Positions 12,469 to 25,956 of a stretch of DNA of 64,000 nucleotides are shown here, piece after piece. The first letter of the stretch is position 1. Each line of letters opens with the position of its first letter. The stretch is from Squalus acanthias (lineage: Eukaryota). The translations under genes and the position numbers were made by a program. The notes under the pieces are model-generated. The model worked only from the letters and a program-made list of their open reading frames with translations, was not told the DNA's origin and ran no database searches. The stretch is taken from contig CM059432.1 in NCBI GenBank assembly GCA_030390025.1, forward strand, positions 130,760,001 to 130,824,000, read 5' to 3'.

Positions 12469-13528
12469 TTTGAATGTGTTTACACTGGCCTGTTGCAAAT
12501 TAGGTCCTCTTTGTTATCTTATCGTCTGTGACTAGTGGGCAATGCACAGAATTTTTGTTCTGATTTTCCTACTTTCATCTAATTTGGTTATTTCAGTTAC
12601 ATTTTTCTTAGATATTTTTTGTTTGAGAAGTACCTGTAATTTTAATGGTCTCACCCGTTAAAAGGAGGTGCTTAATGTACCCTGGCTTGGCAGAGCTTTC
12701 CCCAAACTCACAGGCCCATTGGCTTATCTAAAAAGAACCTCTTCATTTTATTTTCTTTCTGCAGCACTCGCACACAATTCCCGATTTGTGAAGTCAAGGG
12801 TGCAACCCGCTCCCAGGCCTTGCCGTGCCACTTCTGAGACAACCAGTAGGAGGCGCATTGACGGGAATGACTCACATTCCAGTCTATTTTTTTTCAAACC
12901 CTCCATCCCTCCTTTCAAGGAAATGCCTCTCCAATAGTCCAGTTGTGATTGGGAATCTTCCATGCTTGGAAAAACACCAAAAGGATAGAAGATAACACAC
13001 AATGCTGGGTCTTCCAACGGATTAGAGAATCTGCCCAGTGCTAAACTGGGCCATGCAGACAAGGAAGGTTCCTGCTTCAATCCTCGGCCTATACCACGTT
13101 AGGGACACTACAATTGCCCTGAACATCCCTGAGTCTGAGAATGGAAATTCAACCAGGGTTCTTGCTGCTGATTGTCCAGCGGCCTATGTTTGAAGTATGA
13201 ATATGTGGGCAGGACCAGGCTCACTTGTGATGCCCCAATGTAGAATAGTTTGCTCACACTCACCAGTGAGGCTCACACATGAACAAAATAACCACTTGGG
13301 GTGCAGTACTGGAGGTCATCTGGCACCTAAGGAACTGAAGCATAGCAATGTATTAACAACCGCAGGAGAAGAGCAGATTAAACTGTCTAGGATTAAAACG
13401 GAAAATGGTTCAGAGCTGCAAGAACTCAGCAGGCATTATGTGTCCTGAGGAATAATAACACCTTAGAAGTTAATTATGATATAAATATTAATCTAGAAAG
13501 TGAAATTTAATAGAAAAATGCATTTTGC

Positions 13529-13548
13529 ATATATATATATATATATAT
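13529..13548. repeat. (AT)n microsatellite
   Basis: direct reading. Confidence 0.9.
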
Positions 13549-15087
13549 GATGATACACTTTTTGCAATACACAGATTTCAATATTTGAAATCTCTTGAGG
13601 AGGTAAAATAATTCATTTGAATTTGAAAGGTGGTGGTTGTTGTTATGTTTGCTGATCAGGTTTGTTCTGACTCATCCAGATAGTGGCTGACTGCTAGTTG
13701 GGAAATATGCATCTAGCGGCCTTTGTAAGGTGTCAGTCTGAAAGGAGTTCCGAAAACAGGTGTTTCTGTGTCAGTTCTAATCCGCCTCAAGATACAACAC
13801 TGGAAATCAGTCTGGAGTATTGGCCGCAAAAATGAAATAAGCCAGCAAGAAGCAGAAAAGTGAGAGATGTATAAATGATAGCGAAGCTGCCATTTTGTTA
13901 CTGGCTGTGACCAAAATGAAGCTGGTGTTGGTAATGTTTATATTACACCTTGATATCGATCACCAACAAAAATCAAATTAGTCCCAAAATTCTACAACTG
14001 TTCCAGCGAATTCCTGCCGTAACTTCACAGAAGCCATAATACATCGGGCACAGTCTCCAGGATGGTCTTGTGGGGACGGAGCCTCTGCCCTTCCCTACCA
14101 GGCCATCGACGTAAGTGGGTGGGACCAGGAGCACCGTATCCCGAAGTGGGTAGTTCCCGCGCCTTGACCCTCAGTCGGGACCCGATGTAGGGTCAACTCC
14201 TGTGTGCCTGGTGAGCTTGAGGTGTACCTCACTGACGGGGGTGGACAAGTATCTCACCTGGGAGTCCAGGCCATGTTAAGGGGCTAAAATGTTTTTGTTG
14301 TATATTATAAGCGACCTCTGATACTAAGGGGCACTCGAGGCAGCCTCTGGGGCGGGGTGGGGCTGGGGGGGCAGCAAACTTCAGCCAGCATTTCCAAGCT
14401 CTTTAGCCCCAGAAGTGCCCCAGATGTATTTCCAAAAGGCCTCCTACTCACGGGCCTTCTCCTTCCTCACAAACTTAGGCAGGTTCAGGGACAAAGCCAA
14501 TACTCCAGACTGATTTTCAGTATTGTGGACAGATCCTGGCACTTACACTGGATTGCCCTCCTCCACCCTGTAGAATTTCAGTTTCTTTAACTTCGCCTTT
14601 TCACTCAGGTTTGCAGGTGCACAGTCATATGAACCTTCAGAAGCCCAAAGAATTATCACGTTTTCTAGATTTCTTCTTCTTTCTGAATGTGGTTCTCCTC
14701 ATGGCAAACCCTGTCACTATTACACCACAGTGTACACACTCTGGGATGTCACTGGAATTACCCTGCGAAACTCACTTAGTAATGGCATCATTTAAAATAC
14801 ACCAACTTTTAGCTTGGATTATCTTTGAAGTCATAACATAGGGTCCGAGTAGTGAAGCACCATACTGAGTAGTGAAAAGAAGTGACAAGCTTGGAATTCA
14901 TACGTTTATTATAAATGAACTGAAACCCTTGCTTAGCAGAGATGTTTCACAGTAGAGGTAAAGAATGACGACCGGATGCTGCACTTGTAGCTTAACCGTA
15001 TACCGTAGTAACTTATACAGATCACGAAATGTTGCACTCGATATTCAGTAACACTGATTTTTTTTTTCAAAATCTCCTTTGAAACAG

Positions 15088-15116
15088 AGATCAATAACAG
15101 TCGCGCCAAGTCCTTA
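15088..15116 (+). CDS. TRP-like channel, exon E (29-nt micro-exon)
   Basis: T-rich tract then gaaacag acceptor; EINNSRAKSL; |gtaagt donor; supplies the phase 1 to 0 change needed between exons D and F. Confidence 0.7.
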
Positions 15117-15919
15117 GTAAGTATTACCTCAGTTTTGATAAATAGAGTGTTATGCCAAGGTTCTGGGAAAAGCCTCTGTTCTCACTGAATGGTTTGAGCA
15201 CAGATCGATTGTTACATGAGGCTTCTCAAGTCTAACAATCAATCACCAGCTCATACCTACGAGCTAAGAATAGTCCAAGATCTTTACTGGTCCTGATCCT
15301 AATGCTGCCTCGTTTAGGTTTTTACTGGGCTCACTGATGAGTGCCTTGAAGTTCTATTACATGTTTAAATTGGAAGTGCAGGCTCATTAATCTGGGTAGT
15401 ATTCAGAGGTCAGGCGCAGGCTGGTTCTTCAGATGTAGAGTGAACAATAGATGGTGAACAGAATAATGAGTCGCAGAATGCTGCCATGAATCGATGCAAG
15501 TGGAAGAGTTGAAATGTTTACTGTAGTCATCAAATTTTAATGTCACTATTTATTTTTCTGCATCAAATGAATTTCTCTTAAAAGACTATTGTTTTTTTAT
15601 TGATCTCTCTAAGTAAAGGTCACCAACTGAAGACCTGTGAAGCACCTTGGGAAGTTTTACTACGTTGAGGCGCTATATAAATACAAGTTGTTGTTGTACT
15701 ATGATAAGGCCATCGTGCTTGAAAGATGGCTAGAAAATGTTGCTGTGTTCACAGGAAATAATTTTTGCACTAGAAAGATTTTTTTAACTAATGAACTAGT
15801 TTGTGTAAATAAATGTTATTTGTATTTTTTTTAAACTGTAATAAACAGAACCTCCTGTCCACTACAAATACCCTTTCAGCATTCAATATCAGAACTGACT
15901 TTTCAAATTTATTAAATAG

Positions 15920-16145
15920 GTAAGAATGTGGAACTCACTACCACAGGAAGTGGTTGAGGCAAATGCCTTAGATGCTTTCAAAAGGAAACTAGACGAGTAC
16001 ATGAGAGAAAAGGGCATATGCTGAAAGGCTGAGGTGAGGCAGATGGAATGGGAGGAGACTCGTGTGGAGTATAAACACCAGCACAGACTAGTTGGGCTGA
16101 ATGGCCTACTTCTGTGCTGTATATTTGATGTAATTCTATGTAACT
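15920..16145 (+). mobile_element. CR1 3' tail fragment
   Basis: RMWNSLPQEVVEA-like frame followed by the tail gggctgaatggcctacttctgtgctgt. Confidence 0.75.
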
Positions 16146-17672
16146 CAGTTGAAAGCACGATAACAATATAATGTCCCAGAGTGATACAATATCAGTTTAT
16201 GTTCTTAGCTGGGTCATCATGGTCAGGCACCAAATGGAGGCTAAACACTTTCTTATAGCAAGAGATGGAAGCTGATGGATGAGTCCTTGGGGCCAGTCAT
16301 ATTACTAATGTAACTTCAGTGCAGTTATGGTGTAAATACAACCTGACACTGGAGCGAAGCAGAGTGAGAATCCATGGAAGAGGTAGTCTCACTCTGCTTT
16401 GCTTCAGAGCCAGTTTGGTTCTTGACATTCGATTTATACTACACAAGTTTATCGTCGGTGTGAAGTTGAAACTGCTTTGCACCGGTGCTGAGGTTATCGC
16501 GTGCATGCATCGTAAACACTGCTCTTGTGCATCTCTTAGTGGCTGGTTATAGAGCATCATTGACGTAGCCTGCCCTCTCATTTGGGGAATGGGAAGGCAG
16601 TGAATTTTCATTTTATGCCTCCAGAGTTTGGTTTCCTCTCTCATGCCAAACAATTCTGTTACCCTCAACAATTCTTAACTTTCTACAAAGCCATCCAAAT
16701 CCATCTAAGACTTGAATACTTCCTCCCATATATTTGGAGGTTCTTCAAGACCTTTTCTCACACTCCTTGACATGATAACAGAAAAAGTTTCTTCTGATCG
16801 GTAGCCTCTAACTTCCAACTTTTCACATTGTTCTCTCTGTCACAGTCTTGCTTGTCTGTGTATGGATACTACTATAGCCACTGCTCTTCTGAAATCTCCT
16901 CTCTGTCTTGTTCTTCCTTAGCTCCATATACACTGTCTTACATGCTCTTCCTCCCCTCTGCATCCTCATTGTGTTGAATCAAGGTACCATTCACAGTCTC
17001 CTCCACAACTCATTCTCTGCTGGGACCACTAAACTGTACTCATTGAGCCTTCCCTTCTTTCTACACTATCTGAAACCCAAATTTGGCATCACCTAGCCAC
17101 TAGTTCTTGATTTATCCTGTCTCCTCTCCTAATTTGTTTTAACCTTGGTCACGTCCTTCACAATGGCCATTGGTTCGTCGACAAGGTTTCTTGATTAAAA
17201 ATAAAAATTGCTCAACATCCACAAGATACTTAGAGAGTTATATGGTTTCATGTGCTGGGTACAGCTTGCAACATGTTATGCAGTGCACGACACAACTTGG
17301 TGAGTGCACACGGTACTATGGTATCTGACAAGTCACAGGGCTTTATTTATTTGAAAATGTGGGACAATGCTGTCAATATTTCATTGTAATTTTTTTGGTT
17401 GTGATTTTGTTTCAAAATGCAGCAAAACCCAAAATTCTTCTTTCTGCCATATATAATTGTGTCTTTCTTATGTTCGCATATTGTAAATTCAACTAAATTA
17501 CATTGCATTTGTGAAATGGCCATATAGTGGATTGTTAATATATTAATACTAAGAATAGAGATTTCTGAGAGTATCTTTAACACTCAACAAGCAAAAGCTA
17601 AGTAAGTCTGAGGCTATGCCATTCATTAGTCACTAAAATGCTTCTCTCTGTTTGCCTGCAAATATGATTCAG

Positions 17673-17764
17673 CTTGAAGTGATTGTTCAATATCGACAGC
17701 TGGACCTTATCATGCATCCCGTCGTGCAGAAATTAATTAAAGTTAAATGGAAACACTTTGGAAA
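17673..17764 (+). CDS. TRP-like channel, exon F (pre-S1)
   Basis: attcag acceptor; LEVIVQYRQLDLIMHPVVQKLIKVKWKHFG matches the TRPA/TRPV pre-S1 HP....L..KW..FG motif; AA|gtaagt donor. Confidence 0.9.
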
Positions 17765-17769
17765 GTAAG

Positions 17770-18590
17770 TGCAATTTCCTCCACTTAATCATTGGGAAGA
17801 CTGAAACCGCCATCTTTGGCCCCTGCCACAAACTCTGTTCCCTAGCCATTGATTCCATCCCCCATCCTGGCCACTGTCTCAGGCTGAACCAGACTGTTCG
17901 CAGCCTTGGCATCCTATTTGACCGTGAGCTGAGCTTCCAACCCCATAGCCTCTCCATCACCGAGACTGCCTACTTCCACCCACGTAACATCGCCCGACTC
18001 CGCCCCGTCTCAGCTCATCTGCTCCTGAAACCCTCGCCCAGGCATTTGTTACCTTCAGACTCGACTATTCTAATGCTCTCCTGGCCGATATCCCATTTTC
18101 CACCCTTCCTAAACTTGAGCTCATCCAAAACTCTGCTGCCCATCTCCTAACTCACACCAAGTCCTGTTCGCCCATCATCCCTGTGCTCGCTGACCTATAT
18201 TGGCTCCCGGTCCCCAAATGCTTTGATTTTAAAAATTCTCATCCTTGTGTTCTAATCTCTCCATGGCCTCACCCCTCCCTATCTCTTTAACCTCATCCAG
18301 CCCTACAACCCTCCAAGAACTTTGCGTTCCTCCAATTCTGGTCTCTTATCCATCCCCCAACTTCCTTCACCCCACCATTGGCGGCCATGCCTTCAACTGT
18401 CCAGGCCCTAAGCTCTGGCATTCACTTCCTATATCTCTCCACCTCTCTCTCCTCTTTTCAGACTGTCTTTAAAACCTACCTAATGTCTCCTTCTTTGGAT
18501 CGGTGTCAATATTTGTCTGATTAATCCTGTAAAGCACCGTGGGACATTCTACTACGTTGAAGGCGCTATATAAATGCAATTTGTTGTTGC
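17770..18590 (+). mobile_element. L2-clade LINE 3' fragment
   Basis: homologous to 6380-6419 plus 8175-8975; ends in ggcgctatataaatgcaatttgttgttg. Confidence 0.8.
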
Positions 18591-18691
18591 TGTACGCGTA
18601 ATGTTTCTATATCAGCTTCATTATGTGATTAAACTTCTCTGTTATCTGAGTATAAGAGAAAGTTCACAATTTGTTTGGCTTTTTTTTTTAG

Positions 18692-18806
18692 GAGCGGGGT
18701 GGCAATTATGTTGACCCTAAATATCATCTTCATTGTTTTTTGGACTTCTTTGGGACTCAGTTCATCGCTGTCAAATGCCAAACAACTAAATTATGAACTG
18801 CCTGGT
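18692..18806 (+). CDS. TRP-like channel, exon G (S1)
   Basis: poly-T ag acceptor; KSGVAIMLTLNIIFIVFWTSLGLSSSLSNAKQLNYELPG hydrophobic helix; |gtaagt donor; phase 2 to 0. Confidence 0.88.
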
Positions 18807-18880
18807 GTAAGTACAGTATTTCTACTTCAACTCAAAAAATATATGAATTCAGAATCGAATTATATATGTAAAAAGAAACT

Positions 18881-19469
18881 GGGGTCGATTTTACTTTTGG
18901 CGGACGGTGGGAGAAGCACTTGCGCATCTTGCCCGATGTCCTTGCCGAGAGGCCATTTTGAGGGCCGGGCCGGGCCGGGCCTCATTTCAATATTGCCGGT
19001 GAGCTGCGAGTGCTGTTCTGGAACCTGCAGGTAGCTCGCCAGTTGGGGGGCAGCGGGCATTTCAGTGGTTCCAACGTGGAGCCCAGTCAGAAATGTTATC
19101 CTCGAGGTGGTGGGGTGGGGGGCCGTGCGGACACGGCTGGCCAGAAGATTTTTTGGGGGGGCCAGGAGAAGCATTCATGTTCCTCCTGACCACCACAGAA
19201 ATCTTTATCCGAGGGGTTTTCAGTGGTCCATTTAAGGACCGCTGGTTAGGCCATTCAATGGTGGTACCAGAGGAGGACCATGTGCAGTTCACGCTCTGCC
19301 CAATGGTCCCTCAAAATTGCATTGGGATCCTGCGTACGTCATAAGACCCCGATTACCATATTACAATTAAGCTCTTGCGGAGGCCCTCGGGTAAATATTG
19401 ACGGGCAGGAATGGGGCGGTAAGTGAATTTTGAGGCCCCTGTCAGGCAGAGGGAGTTAAAATCAACCCC
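18881..19469. mobile_element. Harbinger-type MITE
   Basis: TIRs ggggtcgatttta / ggggttgatttta; flanks act/att. Confidence 0.7.
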
Positions 19470-21532
19470 ATTATCTTTTAGATTGCAACAACTGCACATA
19501 CAGATTGCATACATATAGTATGACAAACTTCTGGTTTCACTCAGTGTATACAAACAAAATTATGTCATGGCCTTCCACAACAGTTATGTTCCTGGCTAGC
19601 TAGTCTCCTCTTCAGTATCTGTGCTGTAGTTGATGGCGTATCCTGACTCCATTTGCTTCAACTAATTTGGTTCCCAGGGCTCTGCTCTCCATTCCACTCT
19701 CTTCCTTCTCCCGATCAATAACCTTCTCCATTCATGATCTAACCCTGTCTACTTATTTGCTAATTAACTCACTGTATATTCATCAACCTTCTTCAGATTG
19801 TATGCCTTCAGTGCATGCAATTTTCATTCTTTCTGTAGTGCAGTGGTTGAATCACTGCATCAATCATCTACGCCCTTTAATAACAAAATGGTAATCCTGT
19901 CTTTTTCTATTCTTCAAAGAGACAGTTCTTTTATATCTTTCGCAAATCCAAACAACAGCTGTCATGTATTATATGGTTCCACCCTTAGTTCTTCTTTTTC
20001 AGTGGTATTCTTTGCTTCATTGACTTATCTGATCTCAAATGGAACACCCACGTCTCCTCTTTGGCTTAAAAAAAAGCTTGTTTTCCTCTTTTGCAACTAA
20101 ACACTTCTCTTGCATCCAAGATTTAAATATTACTCCCATATCTAGGGCGGATCTTCTAACATGTCTTTTACATGCCCGGGCAGGATGCAAGAAATAGCTT
20201 GTCAACTGATAAGCAATCCTCTCTCATCTTTCCAACCATTCTCTCTATCCATTGCAACCTTTCTTCTCTGCCTGTATTTTACACCTTGTCCTCCTGATCT
20301 CCAAATATGCTGTGCTGCAGGTTTTTCCTTCTTACTGCATCCTCACCGTATTGAATTTAAGACTCATTGCAGTCTCCTACTCTAATTCATCCTTTCCCAA
20401 GACGTAAAAACTGTGGAATTCCTTACCACCCTCATTCTTTTGTTCCTTCTACAATCTTCAGACTTTTAAAACCTAATCCTGGCATAAAATCTTTAATTGC
20501 CCTTGGTATGTGAGTGACACCGGCAAGGCCACATTTATTGTGCATCCCCAGTTGCCCTGAGAAGCTATTGCTGGGCCACATTCTATAATGATTGTTGTTC
20601 AACTGAGGGGCTTGCTAGGCCTTTTCAGAGGGCATTAAGAGTCGACCACATAGCGTGGAAATGGAGTCCCATGCAGGCCATACTAAGTAGGGTTAGCAGA
20701 TTCCCTTCCCTGAAGGACATTAATGAACCAGTTGAGTTTTTAATAACAATCGGCAGTTTTCATGATCTGGCCACAAATTACCAGCTTTTTATGGATTTCA
20801 AATTCACTTCTTCCTGACGTACCTCATTTTCTTTCCTGTTTTTTGCAACCTCGGTGGTACTATGGGCCTTGGCCCTTCACCAAGATGTTTCAATCAGAAG
20901 TCTAAAAGTTAAAGCATTAATAACACTTTTTGAAATCAGACATATAGAAAGAATTCTGATTAACTTCAACATTCTTCCCCCCCCGCCCCGGCCACCCACA
21001 TCCCTATTTTTCTTCCATTTTGAAATGTTGTTATTAACCTGAGTGTTAAATACACCATTGGGAGAATTGGCTGGGATGACTATTGAACCCAAAAATGTGA
21101 GGGAGTTTAATTGACCACAGGGAAGATGCAATCATAAGCCTGGTGTACTTAAGTGAAAATGTCATTTCAAATATATATGTTAATTCAGTTCCTTCAAATG
21201 GTCAGAGAATTGCTCACAGCATTCAAAGGAGGTTGGGAGGATTTATTGGGAGGATTATCGAACGCATAGGATGAATGATGAATGGGTCGATGTGAATGTC
21301 AGAGTTTACACAGTCCTGAAATAGGTTTGGCTTGGAGAACACATACTTTGACACATCATGTAACAGGAAGTATTCGTGATATAGAATAGTACGTGTGTTG
21401 CATTTAATGCGTGGATTCTGAAGCCATAGAAATACAGGATGGAAAATCGTAGCTGAGGAATAAAATATGCTAAATTGTTAGTCTCTTGTTCCTTTTGAAG
21501 ATGGTTCTTTCTCTTACATGGTATAAATACAG

Positions 21533-21703
21533 GATTGGTGGAGAATTCTTTTTGCTGTCGTAGCAATTGGACTCACCGGCTATCAGATTGTAGAGGAATT
21601 CATTGAAATCCATTCTTCAAAGACAAAGTTTTCTCGCTGGAAGGAGTGGAGAAGCCAGGAAATAATGAAGGATCTAAATCTGTGCCACCCACGATGGCCA
21701 GAG
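21533..21703 (+). CDS. TRP-like channel, exon H (S2 and start of long S2-S3 loop)
   Basis: atacag acceptor; DWWRILFAVVAIGLTGYQIVEEFIEIHSSKTKFSRWKEWRSQEIMKDLNLCHPRWPE; GAG|gtacac donor; phase 0 to 0. Confidence 0.85.
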
Positions 21704-22278
21704 GTACACAAGATGACTGAGTCTTCTGTGGGAAAGAGCAATCTTAAGTATTAAAAAATAAACTCCATAAGTAAATTTCCTGAAAATAATTACTTTGGAG
21801 CAGAAAGGTTCGGTTAATGTTGAATATGCTATTTAACTTTTGCAATGCCATTGGCAAGTTTACTCAACCCAGCACTATTGAGCTCCAGAGGTAGCTATCT
21901 GTGTTTGACCTTGACATACCGCTCATGTAAATCTTAACACTTGGTGCTTTTGATTGGCTTTGATACTTTTCTTTCACAGCAAAGGACCTCAGTGGTGCCT
22001 CTGTCTACATATGAGGTGTGACCAAAATAATGGAGCAAATGATAATCATAGAACTGGGGTGTATAAACAAACATGTTTAAAAGAAGCTTTTAATTAGATC
22101 AGTTACCTAACGTATCAGCAGATATCCTCCTGGGCCATTGTTTTCATAGATGTGTTATTTTGCTGCTCCAAATTTCATGTTCACAGTTGAAGCATCACCT
22201 GTTAATAATTTCATGCTTAATGCTAGAATCTGTTTACAGCTACTGATTATCCAATGCTAATTTTCCTTTTACTGACAG

Positions 22279-22349
22279 GAGGAGTCATATCTAAAGAAGC
22301 AGCTGGCTGCACTGGAAGACTTGCATCCCCACTATTTTCATGATTTTTG
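22279..22349 (+). CDS. TRP-like channel, exon I (S2-S3 loop)
   Basis: ttttccttttactgacag acceptor; EESYLKKQLAALEDLHPHYFHDF(W); TG|gtaacg donor; phase 0 to 2. Confidence 0.85.
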
Positions 22350-22980
22350 GTAACGTTATTGATTAAAGCTCTTCTCGTTGTACAATATGCATGAGTTGGA
22401 TATTAATATGTGGTCCCCAGTCAACTATTGACTATCTTCCGTGGGCTGATAAGGGCCCTGGTGTAAATGGGGCAGTAGCAGCAATGGGTGACGCACCACC
22501 CCGTTTACACTGGCGCACCAGCTGCCGCCATTTTGGGTGAGAGAAATGGCCTGAGCACCAGGCTGTTTCAGGTGGGGGAGACCACTTGTGATACACCAAT
22601 CGAGGTCCTATGACATACATAGGACCACGATTGCAATTTTCAGGGGCAAATGCTTGGAGCTTGCACTGCGAACACTCCGCAGTAAGACTCCAATTTGCAT
22701 AAGTTTATGATGCTCCCACCTTCTTTAGGCAGGCGCCTCATCCACCTGCAAACTCTGCTGGTTAATATCGGCAATGATTGGGATCTGAGCAGGTAAGCAA
22801 ACTTCTCATTTTTATCAGACTACCTGCCCAGTTTCCGCCAGGCGAGTAGGGTTAAAATCGACCTCAAGTCTGTAGAAATCCTTTTTTATGACATAGGTAC
22901 ATTGATCAATTATTTGTACTTTTCAACTTTGTTGAGTTTAAAAATTTTAAGTCACAGTTACAAATAATAATGTATTATGT

Positions 22981-24610
22981 ACGGGTGAAAATTGATAGAC
23001 AGGATGTACTAGAAAGGCTGGGTATGCTTAGAGTGGATAAGTTGCCCGGTCCAGATGGCTTGCATCCCAGGTTGCTAAGGGAATTGGGAGAGGAGATAGC
23101 AGAAGGGCTTGCCATAATTTTCCAATCTTCCCGAGATGCAGGGGAGGTGCCTGAGGATTGGAAAGTGGCAAATGTGACACCATTGTTCAAGAAAGGGTGT
23201 AAGACAATCCCAGTAACTACAGGCCGGTCAGTTTAACATTAGTGGTGGGTAAAGTTTTAGAAACAATAATTAAGGAAAAAATTAACAGGCACTTGGAGAG
23301 GTTTAAGCTAATTAAGGAGAGCCAATACGGATTTGTAAAAGGCAGATCGTGTTTGACTAATCTAATTGAATTTTTTGATGAAGTAACAGGGAAGATTGAT
23401 GAAGGGAATGCAATGGATGTTGTCTACATGGATTTTAGGAAGGCGTTTGACAAAGTACCACATAGAAGGCTGGTTAACAAAATTGAAGCTCATGGAATAG
23501 GTGGGTCAGTGGCAGCTTGGATAAGGAATTGGCTTAAGGACAGAAAACAGCGAGTTGTGGTAAATGGCTGTTTTTCAGACTGGAGGATGGTAGACAGTGG
23601 TGTTCCCCAAGGGTCAGTGCTGGGGCCACTGCTTTTTTTGATATATATATATAAATGACCTGGATATTGGAATACAGAGTAGAATGTCTAAATTTGCCGA
23701 TGACACCAAACTTGGCGGGGGTGGCAAACAGTGATGATGATATCAATCGACTGCAAAAGGACATAGAAAGGCTAGCAGAATGCGCAGACAAGTGGCAGAT
23801 GGAATTTAATACAGAGAAGTGTGAGGTGATGCATTTTGGCAGAAGGAACAGGGAGAGGCAATATACACTTAATGGTACAGTTTTAAAGAGTGTGCAGGGA
23901 CAGAGGGACCTGGGAATTAATGTGCATAGGTCCCTGAAGGTGGCGGGACATATTGAGAGAGTGGTTAGCAAAGCATATGGGCTCTTGGGCTTCATAAATA
24001 AAGGTATTGATTACAAAAGTAGAGAAGTTATGCTGAACCTTTATAAAGCGCTGGTTAGGCCACAACTGGAGTATTGCGTCCAGTTCTGGTCACCATACTT
24101 TAGAAAGGATGTGAAGGCTCTTGAGAGGGTGCAGAGGAGATTTACCAGAATGGTTCCGGGGATGGGGTATCTTAGCTACAAGGACAGGTTGGAGAAGCTG
24201 AATTTGTTTTCATTGGAGCAAAGGAGGTTGAGGGGTGATTTGATAGAGGTGTACAAGATTATGACGGGTTTGGATAGGCTAGACGGGGAATGGCTGTTCC
24301 CACTAGTTGATGGTACAAGGACTAGGGGACACAGATTTAAGGTTTTGAGCAAGAGATACAGAGGGAATGTGAGGAAAAACTTTTTTACGCAGCGAGTGGT
24401 GAGGACCTGGAACTCGCTGCCAACGGAAGTGGTGGAAGCGGAGACACTCAATATTTACAAGGGGAGACTGCATTGGCACTTGAGGGAAATAAACTTGCAG
24501 GGCTACGGGGACAGAGCGGGGGAATGGGACTGACTGGATTGCTCTGCAGAGAGCCGGCGTGGACTTGATGGGCCGAATGGCCTCCTTCTGTGCCGTTATG
24601 ACTCTATCTA
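22981..24610 (+). mobile_element. 5'-truncated CR1 LINE (RT, frameshifted)
   Basis: PGPDG, DFRKAFDKV, GVPQGSVLGP and QLEYCVQFWSP motifs; tail atgactctat; same subfamily as 53127-54730. Confidence 0.92.
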
Positions 24611-25956
24611 GTTGAACTGATTGAGTTGAATGGGTTTGACCGAGCGGCAATGACAGTCGGGAAACCGAGAGAAGTTGCTGAGCTTAACAGAGAAGGCAGC
24701 GGAATTAAAATTCATGGATACAATTGTCAACGTTAACATAGAGGGCTTTAGCAATCCCCTTATTTGAACTGATTTTATTCTATCAGCTCCATCATTTGTG
24801 AAGGACGTAGTGACTGTTCCTAGCCAGTTTCCTGACAATGACAGCAGTGCTCGCCATTTAAGGAAAAATGTTCAAAAAAAATCAACAGAAATTGGCTTAA
24901 AAATATTATATTTAGTTATCTGAATTTTGCAACTGATTGCTTTTAAGAGGGGCACTGATGGGGAAACTGCAGCAACCATGTTGGAATTTGGACCCTGGTC
25001 TCAACTAGCATCTTCACTCGGGTTTCTCCTGGAAGGATGTGTGCCAATCTTGGTCTGGTTACCTAGAAGACAGAGAGAAAACTGAGCAGGGATGTCTTCA
25101 CATATCACTCAAGCACTGAATAAGAAGGCACTGATGAGAGTCTGTGGAGCTGGATGAGACTTGGACAGATCCACTGTCCTGCTTGAGCTGGAGATCTGGG
25201 ATATGGGCTCTTATTTGACACAAAAATGGAGAGGGGTGGGAATTATAAAGAGAGGTGTTAAATGCGTTTGCATTTTCAGTTACAAATCATAAAAGTATAT
25301 GTGATATATATCAGTGTCCTGGCCAACATTTATCCCTCAACCAACATCACTAAAACATTTATTTCATTGCTGTTTGTGGAAGCTTGCTGTGCATAAATTG
25401 GCAGCTGCGCTTTCTATGTTACAACAGTGACTGCACTTCAAAAAGTACTTCATTGGCTGTAAAACGCTTTGGATCATTCTGAGGTTGTGAAAGGTGCCAT
25501 ATAAATCCAAGTTCTTCCTTTCTCTTTTATTTTGTGTGTTCAATGTTTTTAGTAATCAGTTGTTTTTATGGGGATAGTGATGTTCAGGTACATTGATCAT
25601 TTATTTATACTTTCAACCCCTACTCTTCCTTTGCTTGACCTGATACCTGGAGCCAAGGGTGGGTGCGCAGCATGTTATACCTGGCTGCTGCCAATGCCTT
25701 CTGTAACTGGTTAATGAGGAGTAGAGACACTGCTCAGGTGCAATTCTCCTCTCCAATTTTCCCTCCTCTCTATTGGGAGAGACTGCAGTCTCAGACTGGC
25801 ACCTGGCCAGTTCACATAATTTGGATTGAAAACTAAACAGAGTAGGACTCAAGCTGTCCCTGCTCCGTGGCACTGTTAGTATGCTAATTCTGAGCACCAT
25901 CTGTACTTGCTTATGCTCATCATCATTGACACGATTGTTGCCATTCTTTTTTCTAG

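Noticed and set aside
14040..14280. GC-rich stretch as a possible HDV-like ribozyme or exon
   Set aside because: I could not build a convincing pseudoknot or a splice-compatible frame; it is probably the interior of a decayed MITE.
23655..24533. 292-aa and 385-aa (31809-32966) ORFs as functional RT genes
   Set aside because: Both are fragments of frameshifted, truncated CR1 ORF2 copies.
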